DNA from: Planctomycetota bacterium
GTDB lineage: Bacteria; Planctomycetota; B15-G4
Direction of reading: 5' to 3'
NCBI GenBank assembly: GCA_038212275.1
Contig: JBBQUR010000005.1
Span: forward strand, 128,001-192,000
DNA: 64,000 nt
In this document: positions 41,716-51,730 of the stretch, piece by piece
Layout of the letters: each line of letters starts with the position of its first letter
Numbering within the stretch: the stretch's first letter is position 1
Notes under the pieces: generated by a model
Told to the model about the DNA's origin: nothing
Seen by the model: the letters and a program-made list of their open reading frames with translations, nothing else
Databases searched by the model: none
Position numbers and translations under genes: made by a program

Positions 41716-42483
41716 GTGAACATCGCCGACCTGCCGCCGGCCGCCGCGCCGCACGCGTCCCGGGAGTTGCACGCGCCGCGCGCGTTGCGTCGGCTGCGCG
41801 TGCCCGGTCTCGCGCTCTTCGCGCTCTTCGCGCTGCTCGCGGCGTGCAGCGCGACCTACGAACGCGGCTACTACGCGCCGGCCGGCGCGAAGCCCGGCGA
41901 CACGCTGGCCAGCCAGCAGCAGGCCAGCCCCGACATCGTCGTCGATCTGGCATGTCAGGGCAGCTTCGTGAATCGCGCGAGCGGTCAGCAGGTTGCCAGC
42001 GTGTACGTGCAGCTCGAGATCACGCGACCACGATCCGGAGAGTTGCGCCTGCGCCGCGATGAGGTCGTCGTCGATGTGCAACTGGCCGACGGCGGGCCGC
42101 GGCTGTCACTGAAACTGTCCGAGGCCTGGTCACGGCGCGACCTGCTGACCGGGGACCTCGTGGTGCCGGCGTGGTCGCTGCGGCCGTTCGACCTCTTCTT
42201 CGACTCGCCGCTGCTGGTCGGCGAACCGCCGCCCTCCAGCGTGCTGCTGCGCTGGGAGGGCGAGGCCGCCGGCGAGCCGATCGACGGGCAGTGCCTCTTC
42301 CAGCGGATTCCCGCGAACGACCGTCTCCTGCCGGACGCGACGCCCATCAAGGACATGTCCTTCGGCATGCGCAATGGCTACTACCTTCCCGGCTGGGAAC
42401 ACCTGGGCACGCGCGGCCTGCGCCCCTCCACGGAGGAGCGCCTTCACTACCTGTTCCACGACCCGGCCACCTGGCAATGGTGA
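41716..42483 (+). CDS. Hypothetical lipoprotein
   Basis: Lipobox LLAAC after hydrophobic stretch; overlaps next gene. Confidence 0.65.
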   Translation: MNIADLPPAAAPHASRELHAPRALRRLRVPGLALFALFALLAACSATYERGYYAPAGAKPGDTLASQQQASPDIVVDLACQGSFVNRASGQQVASVYVQLEITRPRSGELRLRRDEVVVDVQLADGGPRLSLKLSEAWSRRDLLTGDLVVPAWSLRPFDLFFDSPLLVGEPPPSSVLLRWEGEAAGEPIDGQCLFQRIPANDRLLPDATPIKDMSFGMRNGYYLPGWEHLGTRGLRPSTEERLHYLFHDPATWQW

Positions 42484-44528
42484 CGGCGCTGCGCATCGTC
42501 GCGTGGGTCGTGCTCGCGCTCTGCGCGATCGTCGGCGGGGCGTGGCTCGTGGCGGACTACAAGGCGACGGCCTGGTGCGACGACGCGCTCGCAGCTCTGC
42601 ACCTCACCGGCATCATCACGGCGGAGCACGCGAGCCTGCCGGCGCCCGACACGGTGCACATCCGGGGCGCCCGCCTGCACGACGAGGTGACAGGACTGGA
42701 AGTCGGGCACGTGGACGACGTGGTGCTGCGCCTGGCGGTGCCCGGTCTCGATGGCGTGGCGTCCGTGACGCCGCTGCTCTTCACGGGCCGTGGCGGAGGC
42801 GTGCTGCTCTCCCTCGATGGCGACACGCTCGTTCTCGCGCGCGCGATCGAGCTCATGCTCGATCACATCTTCGAGTCGCTCGACCTGAACGACCAGCCGG
42901 CCGCGTCGGAGCCCGCGCCGACGGCGACTCCCTCCGGCGGACGCCAGTTCCTGCCGCCGATGGTGTTTCTCGACATCGAGATCACGCTGCGTTCGCCGGG
43001 CCTGCCCGACTGGGTGATCCCCGACTCCAGCGCCTTCCTGCAACTGCGTCCCGACGGCATCTTCTCGGTGGACATCGACGTCGGCCGCGATGGAGGGCAC
43101 GTGCTGCTCGAATTCGGCGAGCATGGATTGAACCGCCTGCAGACACGGCAGCTCGCGATCAATCCCGTCTTTGCGCTGTTCCTGCCCGCCGAGCGCGAGA
43201 TGCTGACGACTCAGGTGGCGCCGGAGGGCCTGCTCGATCTCGACGCGAGCGGCTTCGACCAGAGCTTTCCGCTGGCGAGCGGCGTGCTGCGCGAGGGCAC
43301 GCTGCGGCCGCCGTCGGTGCCGTTCCCCGTCACCGAGGTGACGCTGCCGTTCGAACTGCGCGACGACCACGTGCGCGTCACCGGGGCCAACCTCTCGTTC
43401 GACGGCGGCGCGGCCGAGGCGAGCTTCGACTACGGACCCGACAAGCTGGTCTGGGACCTCGATGTCGTGAACGCCGACTTCCAAGCCACCTACGTGGAGC
43501 TGCTGCCCGACGACCTCGACCTCTCGTGGGTCCGGGCCGACGACGGCGGCAACGTCGAATTGCACCTGCACGTGGAGACGACGCACGGCAACGAGACAGC
43601 CGCGTCGACCTCGACGCTGAGCGGCTGGGGCGGAATCCTCGTGAACCGGCTGTACTTCGGGCCCACTCAATTCGAGGTGGAGGACATGGTCAGCCGCTTC
43701 GACCTCAGCGACGGGAAGCTCATCTTCCAGAACGCCAGCGGTCACTGCGCCGCGGGCGTCCTCTCGATGAAGGGCAGCCTGGACCTGGACACCGGCGAGA
43801 TCGACGGCAGCGCGTCCGTCTTCGACGTGGACATCGCGCGCATGCGCCGCGCGCTGGACGCGGAGGCGCCGGCAGCCCTCGCGGATGCCGAGGATCCGAC
43901 CACGCGCTCCCTGAGCGGCTGGCTGCAGGGCGACGTGACCTACAAGGGCAGCATCGGCGACCCGAGGCTTGCCACGGGCCGCGGCCAGTTCTCCGTGCGC
44001 GGCGGCAGCCTCTGGCGCGTGCCGGTGCTCGACGCGATCCTCGATGCGCTGCGGATGGCGCCTCCCGGAGGCGACGAGCGCCAGCGGGTCGCGGTCGCCT
44101 TCGACATCGACGGCCGGCGCTACATCGTGCGCGTGTTCAAGCTCGAGTCGCAATTCCTCTCGCTCGTCGGCGATGGCAAGGTCAATCGCGATGGCACGCT
44201 CGAGATCGACATCGTGCCGATCAAGGTGCCGCTGGGATACGTCGGCGACCTCATCGAGTACATCCAGTCGCAGGTGGTGAGGATCGAGCTGCGCGGCACG
44301 ATGACGGATCCGAAGGTCAGCGTCGTGCCGGTGCAGGTGGTCACGAAGAACGTCGGCCGATTCTGGGACTGGCTCGGCGGCATGTTCAGCTCGGAGCCGG
44401 AACCGGCGAGCCCGCCGTTCGAGCCGCTGCCGCCGCTGCACGAGGAGCCCGCGAGCGACGCGCCTGCCCCGGAGCCGCCTGCGGGCGATGCGAGTCCGGC
44501 GCCTGACGGCGCGTCCGCCGCGCACTGA
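42477..44528 (+). CDS. AsmA-like (bridge-type lipid transfer) protein with N-terminal anchor
   Basis: N-terminal TM, long beta-rich body, C-terminal GRGQFSVRGGSLWRVPVL...LVGDG...IELRGTMTDPKV. Confidence 0.7.
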   Translation: MVTALRIVAWVVLALCAIVGGAWLVADYKATAWCDDALAALHLTGIITAEHASLPAPDTVHIRGARLHDEVTGLEVGHVDDVVLRLAVPGLDGVASVTPLLFTGRGGGVLLSLDGDTLVLARAIELMLDHIFESLDLNDQPAASEPAPTATPSGGRQFLPPMVFLDIEITLRSPGLPDWVIPDSSAFLQLRPDGIFSVDIDVGRDGGHVLLEFGEHGLNRLQTRQLAINPVFALFLPAEREMLTTQVAPEGLLDLDASGFDQSFPLASGVLREGTLRPPSVPFPVTEVTLPFELRDDHVRVTGANLSFDGGAAEASFDYGPDKLVWDLDVVNADFQATYVELLPDDLDLSWVRADDGGNVELHLHVETTHGNETAASTSTLSGWGGILVNRLYFGPTQFEVEDMVSRFDLSDGKLIFQNASGHCAAGVLSMKGSLDLDTGEIDGSASVFDVDIARMRRALDAEAPAALADAEDPTTRSLSGWLQGDVTYKGSIGDPRLATGRGQFSVRGGSLWRVPVLDAILDALRMAPPGGDERQRVAVAFDIDGRRYIVRVFKLESQFLSLVGDGKVNRDGTLEIDIVPIKVPLGYVGDLIEYIQSQVVRIELRGTMTDPKVSVVPVQVVTKNVGRFWDWLGGMFSSEPEPASPPFEPLPPLHEEPASDAPAPEPPAGDASPAPDGASAAH

Positions 44529-44544
44529 CCGCAGCCGGCGGCGT

Positions 44545-45945
44545 TCAGGCCCGGACGGCGGCCCGCCCGGCGACGAGCTCGGTCATCAGGCTCTCGTAGC
44601 GGCCCGCCGACTGGCTCCAGCTCACGTCCACCGCCATGCCGCGGCGCATCAGGGCGGGGGCGCGGCCGTCCTGCACGGCCTTCAGGCCGCGGAAGATCGC
44701 GGAGAAGAGCGCGGCCGGCGTGGGCCGGTCGAACTGGAAGCCGAAGCCCGTGTCGGGGTGCTCGTCCGCGTCGATGACCGTGTCGGCGAGGCCGCCGGTG
44801 CGGCGCACCACGGGCAGCGTGCCGTAGTGCATGCCGATGAGCTGGATGAGCCCGCACGGCTCGAAGCGCGAGGGCATGAGCACGAGGTCGCAGCCCGCCA
44901 TGATGCGGTGCGCGAGGCCCTCGTCGAAGCCGATGCGCACGCCGACGTGGCGGCCCGACACGGCGCGGAAGCTGGCCTCGATGCGCGCGTCGCCCTGGCC
45001 GAGCACCGCGAGATCCGCGAGCGCCGTGACCTCCGGCATGATCGCGCGCAGCAGGTCGAAGCCCTTCTGCTCCGTGAGCCGGCTGACGATGCCGATGAGC
45101 GGGCGGCGCGCGTCCTGCACCAGCGACATCTCGCGCAGCAGCGCCGTGCGGCAGGCGTCCTTGCCGGCCAGTTCCCGGTCGCCGTACTGCGCGGCGAGGT
45201 AGGGATCGTTGGCCGGGTTCCACGTGCGCGTGTCGATGCCGTTGACGATGCCGTGAAGCGTGTCGCCCCGGTCGCGCACCTGGGTCTGCAGGCCGCACCC
45301 ATGCTCGGTGTCGCGGATCTCGTGGGCGTAGGTCGGGCTCACTGCCACGACGGCGTCTGCGGAGATGAGCGCGCCCTTGAGCGAGTTCGCGCGGCCGTAC
45401 CAGTCGAGCCGGTCGCGGCTCTCGGTGGGGAGGTGCGCGGCCGCCAGGTCCTTCCACGCGTGGATGCCCTGGTAGGCCATGTTGTGGATGGTGAGCAGCA
45501 CGGGCGGACCGTTCCTGCCCAGCAGCATCGACGCGGTGAGCGCCGCATGGTGGTCGTGGAGCTGCAGCACGTCGCAGCGCGGTGCGAGCCAGTCGGCGGC
45601 CACGCGCGACAGCAGCGCGTAGCGATAGGCCTCGTCGCGCGCATCGGCGTCGTCGTAGGGCCCGCGGCCGGCGACGAGCGGATCGTCGATGAGGACGACG
45701 TGCAGCTTGCCGATGCGACCGCGCCGCAGGGGCACGCGGCGCTGCATGCCGTCGAAGAAGACGGAGGCCGCGTCGTCCTGGAAGCCGGCGAGCTGGTCGA
45801 TGCGCATGCTCGAGTAGCCGGGCAGCAGCACGGTGACCTCGTGGCCGCGCGCGGCCAGCTCCGCGGAGAGCGCGCTGGCCACGTCGCCGAGTCCGCCGAC
45901 CTTGGCCAGCGGGGCCATTTCGGCCGTGACGACACCGATCTTCAT
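44545..45945 (-). CDS. glgA: Glycogen synthase
   Basis: AEMAPLAKVGGLGDV, TIHNMAYQG, GIVNGID, RLTEQKG, PSRFEPCGL, TGGLADT. Confidence 0.95.
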   Translation of the reverse strand: MKIGVVTAEMAPLAKVGGLGDVASALSAELAARGHEVTVLLPGYSSMRIDQLAGFQDDAASVFFDGMQRRVPLRRGRIGKLHVVLIDDPLVAGRGPYDDADARDEAYRYALLSRVAADWLAPRCDVLQLHDHHAALTASMLLGRNGPPVLLTIHNMAYQGIHAWKDLAAAHLPTESRDRLDWYGRANSLKGALISADAVVAVSPTYAHEIRDTEHGCGLQTQVRDRGDTLHGIVNGIDTRTWNPANDPYLAAQYGDRELAGKDACRTALLREMSLVQDARRPLIGIVSRLTEQKGFDLLRAIMPEVTALADLAVLGQGDARIEASFRAVSGRHVGVRIGFDEGLAHRIMAGCDLVLMPSRFEPCGLIQLIGMHYGTLPVVRRTGGLADTVIDADEHPDTGFGFQFDRPTPAALFSAIFRGLKAVQDGRAPALMRRGMAVDVSWSQSAGRYESLMTELVAGRAAVRA

Positions 45946-46087
45946 GCCGCGTTCCTCGTCCGGCTGCCGATGCCGCGGGGAGCGCTTGCCCTCAGCGGCC
46001 GTCCTCGCGAGCGGGCCCGGAAGAACGCATCGAAGCACAGGCCCGGGGACGCGTCAATCCGCGCGCGAGGGCGTGCTGCTCCGCAGC

Positions 46088-46390
46088 TCAGAGGCTGCCG
46101 TCGCGCATCAGTGCAAGCGCGCGCGCGACGCCGACGGCATGCGCCGGATCGATCAACTCGTCCAGCAGGTCGCCCGCGCACGGCGGCCGGGAGCCCGTCC
46201 ACGGCGCGAGCGCCAGCGCGGTCATGTCGCCGTGCCGCGCCGGATGGGCCACCATCATGACGCGACGACTGTGCTGCTCGAAGATGGCGTACAGGCGATG
46301 CCCGTCGGAGAGCTGCACGCCGGCCGAGATGGCGAATCCGAGGGTCGCCAGCGGGTTGATCAGCCCCCTGGTGATGGTGGCGGCGGTCAT
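46088..46390 (-). CDS. Hypothetical protein
   Basis: 100 aa ORF preceded by AAGGA SD-like sequence; plausible codon style. Confidence 0.5.
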   Translation of the reverse strand: MTAATITRGLINPLATLGFAISAGVQLSDGHRLYAIFEQHSRRVMMVAHPARHGDMTALALAPWTGSRPPCAGDLLDELIDPAHAVGVARALALMRDGSL

Positions 46391-46520
46391 GTCGGCTGTC
46401 CTTGAACGGGCCCTGCGGGATGCAAGGCGCGGCCCGGACGGGGCGCGGAATTGGGCCCTGACAGGGTGCCTGCGCTGCATCCGGCCGGCACTCGCGCTGG
46501 CAGTTCGGACCGTTTTGCCT

Positions 46521-46526
46521 TACAAT
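46521..46526 (+). promoter_or_regulatory. Putative -10 element TACAAT for the ArsC-like gene
   Basis: Near-consensus hexamer in an AT-richer divergent intergenic region; GGAG SD before ATG 46591. Confidence 0.45.
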
Positions 46527-46590
46527 CATCGGGATCGCGCACGGCTGACAAAAGTCGTCTTCGCGAACCGGTCCAGCGCTGGAGAATCAC

Positions 46591-47007
46591 ATGGCCAAGC
46601 CGCGCAACTTTCTCTTCGTCTGCAAGGGAAACGATGCCCGCAGCCAGATGGCCGAAGGTTTCGCCCGGGCGCTCGCGACGGGCACCGTGAACGTCTACAG
46701 CGCCGGCGTCCAGCCCCGCGGCCTCAATCAGCATGCGATCGACGTGATGGCCGAGCTCGGCATCGACATCACCTGCCAGGTGCCGCACGACTTCAAGAGC
46801 ATCCCGGTCACCAAGATCGACACGATCATCACGCTCAGCTCGGATGCCGATCCGCTGCCCAAGCTGGCCACGCGCAAGATCACGCAGATTCACTGGCCGC
46901 TGAACGACCCGACCACCGCCACCGGCAGCGATGCCGAGGTCAAGAAGGCCTTCCGCGCCGTCCGCGACGAGATCCGCAACCGCGTCCAGGTGCTGCTCGT
47001 CGGCTGA
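46591..47007 (+). CDS. LMW-PTP fold / ArsC-like protein
   Basis: P-loop CKGNDARSQMAEG, YSAG, HWPLNDP, FRAVRDEI. Confidence 0.85.
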   Translation: MAKPRNFLFVCKGNDARSQMAEGFARALATGTVNVYSAGVQPRGLNQHAIDVMAELGIDITCQVPHDFKSIPVTKIDTIITLSSDADPLPKLATRKITQIHWPLNDPTTATGSDAEVKKAFRAVRDEIRNRVQVLLVG

Positions 47008-47008
47008 G

Positions 47009-47635
47009 TCAGTGCGGCGCGGCGCCCTGCGCCTCCAGAGCCGCCCGCGCGGCGGCCAGGTCCTCGGGCGTGTCCAGGTCGCGCACGAGCCACGCGTTGT
47101 CGCTCGGCACGGCCAGCACGCGCGAGGGGTCGCTGCGGACGACGCGATGGCCCGGCTCGTCGGCGCCCAATGCGAGGAACTCGGCGGCCAGCTCCCGCTC
47201 GAAGAGCGCCGGGTGCCCGCGGCGGCCGTCGACGACCGGCACGGCGATGCGCTGTCCGGCGGCGCGGCGCGCGAAGGCTGCGAGCAGCGCCGCCAGGTCC
47301 TCGGCGCGCAGCAGCGGGTGATCGACGGTGTGCAGCGCGAAGCATGCGCCCGCGCCCGGACCCGCGGCGAGCCCGGCGCGGATCGAGCTGGTCTGCCCGC
47401 GATCGGGGTCCGGGTTGAGGACGATCTCCACGCCGGCCAGCGCGTCGGCCGGCAGCCTCGCGCGCGCCTCCTCGGCGCCGTGGCCGAGCACCACGCGCAG
47501 CTCGTCGGCGCCGCCCGCACGCAGCGCGGCCAGGCAGCACTCCAGCGCGGTGCGCCCGCCGAGGTCGAGCAGCGCCTTGGGCGTTCCCATGCGCCGTCCA
47601 CGACCGGCAGCGAGCAGCAGCGCGAGCATCGTCAC
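47009..47635 (-). CDS. MocA/MobA-like nucleotidyltransferase
   Basis: LLAAGRGRRMGTPKALL, GQTSSI, VDHP, RGHPALF, DLDTPED. Confidence 0.88.
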   Translation of the reverse strand: MTMLALLLAAGRGRRMGTPKALLDLGGRTALECCLAALRAGGADELRVVLGHGAEEARARLPADALAGVEIVLNPDPDRGQTSSIRAGLAAGPGAGACFALHTVDHPLLRAEDLAALLAAFARRAAGQRIAVPVVDGRRGHPALFERELAAEFLALGADEPGHRVVRSDPSRVLAVPSDNAWLVRDLDTPEDLAAARAALEAQGAAPH

Positions 47636-47663
47636 GTCCTCCGCGGGGGGCTCGGCGCCGGGT

Positions 47664-49367
47664 TCAGGCCGTCTCGAGCAGTGCGCGCGGACTCAGGCTC
47701 AGCGTGCGCAGGCGACGGGTGTTCACGATGACCATGACCAGCGCGACGAGCGCGAGGCCCACGACGATCCAGGGCTTGTCCTCGAGCATGACATGCACGA
47801 AGACCATGATGCCGATGACCGGCGTCACCATGAGAAGCATCGCGAAGTTCGATCCGGACTGGCTGGTGCGGAAGGTGCGCGTGAACGGCAGCGCGTCGGC
47901 CGACAGGCTGCGCGCGATCCAGAGCGTGACCGCCAGCACGCTCAGCGTGGAAAAGGCCATGTCCTCGATGCGCAGGCCGCCGAAAAACAACCCGGTGCAG
48001 AGGTAGAGCGCCAGATACCACGGCAGCAGGAAGGCGAAGCACAGCGCCTTGACCGCACCGCAGACCAGCATCCCGTACTGCTCCACCGGTGCGACGGAGT
48101 AGATCCACGCGGCCGCGGGCGTGTCGCTGAAGCGGATGATGTGCAGGATCGAGAGCGAGTACACGACAGGCAGGTAGGCGCACATCAGCGCGCCCTGCTG
48201 CGAGCCGTCGCCGTGGCGCGCCGAGGTCCCGAAGTAGGCCATCATGATCACGGGCATGGCGAGCATCGGGTAGACGCGCTGGCGGAATTGCCGTTCGCGC
48301 GCGGCGAGGCCGAGAAACAGGTCGAAGCCCGCGCGCTCGAGGCCCGGGCGCGCGAGCCTGCGGCCGAGCCGACGCAGCGGGCCGGGGCGGTCGGAGACAG
48401 GCGGGCCGCCGCCTTCATCCATCGCCGCCAGGCGCTGCAGCAGGTTGCTGCCTGCGAGGCGCAGCACCGCCAGCCCGAGCAGTGCAGGCACCGCGAGCGC
48501 CAGTGCCATCAGGCCGAGGTGCAGCGTGGACGGTTCCGGCGCCGTCGCGGTGGCGAGCGCTGCGAACCAGTACGGCGGAAGCAGCAGCTGCGCCATGTGC
48601 TCGCCCCGCAGCCACTCGCTCACGCTGGGCGACTGCAGCAGCCCGATGAGCAGGTAGTAGCCGCCGAAGGTGACGAGGCTGGCGGCGATCTGCGCGAAGA
48701 GCACCGCGTTGCGCACGCGCTCGGGATGCGTGACCCGCAGCAGCAGCGCGAACACGGCGGTGATCGCGAGCAGCGTGGTGAGCGCCGCGAGGCCAGCCGC
48801 CGCCGCGAACAGCGGCAGCCACGTCGCTGCCGGGAAGAGGAAGGCGCCGACGATCCAGGTGGGAGAGGCGAAACTCGCCGCGATCAGGCCCGTGTAGAGC
48901 AGCGCATGCCCCGTGCGCGCCAGCAGCAGCGTGCGCGGCGAGACCGGCAGCGCGCCGAGGATGGTCACGTCCGCCGGCGCGAGCAGCAGGTCCACCAGGT
49001 CCGTGACGAGCGCCATGCCGAGCAGGACGAACAGCATCGCGCAGGCCAGCGCCGTGAGCGCCCGCGCGTCGTGCAGCTGCATGCCGAACAGGGCGAGGAG
49101 CCAGCCGAAGACGTGGTTCAGTCCGCAGGTCAGCGCCAGGCCGCTGGCGGAGACCTTGTTGGGGTTCTTGAGCCCGCCGACGCGCAGGTCGAGGCGCAGC
49201 TTCACGCGCAGGATCGCGAGGAAGGCCGTGCGATCCGCGCCCATCCACCCGGCCACGACGGCCAGCGGTTCGGACAGCGCGCACAGCACCCGCAGCGGCC
49301 TGCCGTCCGGCCGCACGGTGTCCGAGGGAGGCTCGTTCGCCCGCCGGCTGCCGAACAGCGCGCTCAC
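47664..49367 (-). CDS. Polytopic membrane protein, probable ABC exporter permease
   Basis: About 12 hydrophobic segments, PPYWF motif, overlaps ABC ATPase stop. Confidence 0.75.
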   Translation of the reverse strand: MSALFGSRRANEPPSDTVRPDGRPLRVLCALSEPLAVVAGWMGADRTAFLAILRVKLRLDLRVGGLKNPNKVSASGLALTCGLNHVFGWLLALFGMQLHDARALTALACAMLFVLLGMALVTDLVDLLLAPADVTILGALPVSPRTLLLARTGHALLYTGLIAASFASPTWIVGAFLFPAATWLPLFAAAAGLAALTTLLAITAVFALLLRVTHPERVRNAVLFAQIAASLVTFGGYYLLIGLLQSPSVSEWLRGEHMAQLLLPPYWFAALATATAPEPSTLHLGLMALALAVPALLGLAVLRLAGSNLLQRLAAMDEGGGPPVSDRPGPLRRLGRRLARPGLERAGFDLFLGLAARERQFRQRVYPMLAMPVIMMAYFGTSARHGDGSQQGALMCAYLPVVYSLSILHIIRFSDTPAAAWIYSVAPVEQYGMLVCGAVKALCFAFLLPWYLALYLCTGLFFGGLRIEDMAFSTLSVLAVTLWIARSLSADALPFTRTFRTSQSGSNFAMLLMVTPVIGIMVFVHVMLEDKPWIVVGLALVALVMVIVNTRRLRTLSLSPRALLETA

Positions 49368-50197
49368 GAGGCCGCGCTCCGGCCGTCGTCCATGGCCTGC
49401 AGGATGCGGTCCACCGCCGCGGCCTCGCCGCCCGAGCCGGTCAGCTCGGCGAAGATCGCCTCGAGCGAGCCGCCGTGGCGCGCGGCCGAGAGCTCCTCGA
49501 AGGAACCGTTCGCGACGATGCGGCCGTCGGCGAGGATCGCGATGCGGTCGCAGACGCGCTCCACGACGTCCATCATGTGCGAGCAGTAGAAGACCGTGCG
49601 GCCGCGATCCGCGAGCGAGCGGATGAGCGTCTTGACGAGGATCGTCGCCGCCACGTCGAGCCCGGAGAGCGGCTCGTCGAGGAACACGATCTCCGGCGCG
49701 TGCAGCAGCGCCGAGGACAGCAGGATCTTCTGGCGCATGCCCTTGGAGAGCGAGCCGAGGCGCGAGCCGAAGCGTCCGTCCAGCCCGAAGGCCGAGAGAT
49801 ATTCGTGCGCGCGGTGCAGCGCCAGCTCGTCGGACAGGCCGTGCAGGCGGCCGACGAGCTCGAAGAACTCGCGCGCCGAGAGCGCGTCGTACAGCTGCGC
49901 GTTCTCCGGCACGTAGCCGATGCGGCGCTTGACCTCCAGCGGCTGGCGGCGCACGTCCAGGCCGCAGACGCGCACGTCGCCTTCGAAGTCGCCGAGCAAG
50001 CCGGTGAGGATGCGGATGGTCGTGCTCTTGCCCGCGCCGTTCGCGCCGAGGTAGCCGAGCACCTGGCCGGGCCGCACGTCGAGGTCGATGCCGCGCAGCA
50101 CCTCGCGTCCGGCGAACTGCTTGCGCAGGCCGCGCACCTCGACCGAGGACGCGACGCTGTCGGGATGTTCCAAGCCGGGTTCCTCCGAGGGGTGCAT
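49364..50197 (-). CDS. ABC transporter ATP-binding protein
   Basis: GANGAGKST, LSKGMRQK, FLDEP, YCSH; start 50197 or TTG 50173. Confidence 0.93.
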   Translation of the reverse strand: MHPSEEPGLEHPDSVASSVEVRGLRKQFAGREVLRGIDLDVRPGQVLGYLGANGAGKSTTIRILTGLLGDFEGDVRVCGLDVRRQPLEVKRRIGYVPENAQLYDALSAREFFELVGRLHGLSDELALHRAHEYLSAFGLDGRFGSRLGSLSKGMRQKILLSSALLHAPEIVFLDEPLSGLDVAATILVKTLIRSLADRGRTVFYCSHMMDVVERVCDRIAILADGRIVANGSFEELSAARHGGSLEAIFAELTGSGGEAAAVDRILQAMDDGRSAAS

Positions 50198-50281
50198 GGT
50201 ACCGGGCGGAGGCGCGCGCCCGGGCCGCCGGCTGTGGCAGACTCGCGCCTGCATGCCAACCCGCGGCGAAGCGTCGTCTCC

Positions 50282-51730
50282 ATGAGTCTCTCGCGCCGCG
50301 TCAGCCTCAACACGGCCGGGCAGATCGGGGGGCGCCTCTACAGCTCCGCGCTGGCCTTCGTGATCACCGCGCTGCTGCTGCCGCGCTGGCTGGGCGAGCA
50401 CGACTTCGGCGTGTTCGCCTTTCACCTCACGCTCTACCAGCTGCTCAACAACGTGCTCGATTTCGGCGCGGGCACGATCGTCGTGCGCGAGGCGAGCCGC
50501 GACCGCACGCGTGCCGGCCGGCTCATCGGCATGCTCATCGAGCTCAAGGCGCTCTTCGCGGCAGCGGGCGTCGTGCTGCTGGTCGGCTTCGCCCTCGGCT
50601 TCGAAGGCGCGGGGCTGCGCGGTCTGCTGCTGAGCCTCGCCGCCCTGCACCTGCTGGCGTACGCGCCCTCGGGCGCCGCGGCGATCTTCGCCGTGGACAT
50701 GGCCTTTTTCCGCTCGATCCTCGCGGGTGCGACCGGCCAGACGGTCTGGCTGCTGGGCACCGTGTCGCTGCTGGTCGCCGACGTGCGCGAGCCTGCCGGC
50801 TACCTGCTCGCCTTCGGCGCCGGCGTCGTGGTCAACGGCGTGCTGTGCTACGTGTGGGCGCGCCGTCGCGTGGACATCGTCTTCGAGGCAACGGGGGCCG
50901 AACGCCGCGTGCTCTGGAACGAGGCCTGGCCGGCGGGCGTGTCCATGGCGATGGCCTCGGTCTACTTCTACGTGGACGCGATCATGCTGCGCCCGATGCT
51001 CGGCGCGGAAGCCGTCGCGCACTACAGCGCGGCTTACCGCCTCATGATCTTCGTGCTCATGGTGCCGGTGTTGTTCAGTCAGGTCGTGTTCCCCGTCTTC
51101 TCGCGCCTCTGGGGCGGCGGCGCGCCGCGACTCGCGCCGTTCTTCCAGCGCACGCTGCAATTCCTCGGTTCGCTCGGCGTGCTGTTTCCCGCGCTCGTGT
51201 GGCTGGTCTCGCGCGACCTGCTGCGCCTGATCTATCCGCCCGGATACGAGGTGGCCGCGCGCACGCTCACCGTCCTCTCGCTGGCGATCGCACTGGTGTT
51301 CGTCACGTATCCGCACGTGCTCACGCTGCTCGCCTCGGGCCACCAGCGGCTCATGATGCGCATCTCGATCGCGGGCGCGGCGCTGAACATCGTGCTGAAT
51401 CTGCTGGCCATTCCGTCGCTTGGCATCGAAGGCGCCGCCTGGACCACCGTGGCCACCGAAGCCTTCGTCTTCGTGAGCGCGGCCCTCTGCGTGCGCCGCC
51501 GGACCGGGCTGCAGCTCCGCGTGCGGCCGCTGCTGCGTGCACTCGTCTGCGCGGTGCTTGCGGCGGGCACGCTGGCCCTGCTGCTCGCGCAGATCGATCC
51601 GGAGCGCTTCGCGCTGCGCGTGCTGGCCGGTCTCGTCGTCGGCGCGGTGGCCGCGTTCGCCACGGGCGTGCTGCCGCCTCGCCTCGGCACCGACGACGGG
51701 CTCGGCGCCGTGCCGGAAGGCGCGCCATGA
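50282..51730 (+). CDS. Wzx-type polysaccharide flippase
   Basis: LDFGAGTIVVREAS, YFYVDAIML, YSAAYRL, LNIVLNLLAIPSLGIEGAA. Confidence 0.9.
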   Translation: MSLSRRVSLNTAGQIGGRLYSSALAFVITALLLPRWLGEHDFGVFAFHLTLYQLLNNVLDFGAGTIVVREASRDRTRAGRLIGMLIELKALFAAAGVVLLVGFALGFEGAGLRGLLLSLAALHLLAYAPSGAAAIFAVDMAFFRSILAGATGQTVWLLGTVSLLVADVREPAGYLLAFGAGVVVNGVLCYVWARRRVDIVFEATGAERRVLWNEAWPAGVSMAMASVYFYVDAIMLRPMLGAEAVAHYSAAYRLMIFVLMVPVLFSQVVFPVFSRLWGGGAPRLAPFFQRTLQFLGSLGVLFPALVWLVSRDLLRLIYPPGYEVAARTLTVLSLAIALVFVTYPHVLTLLASGHQRLMMRISIAGAALNIVLNLLAIPSLGIEGAAWTTVATEAFVFVSAALCVRRRTGLQLRVRPLLRALVCAVLAAGTLALLLAQIDPERFALRVLAGLVVGAVAAFATGVLPPRLGTDDGLGAVPEGAP

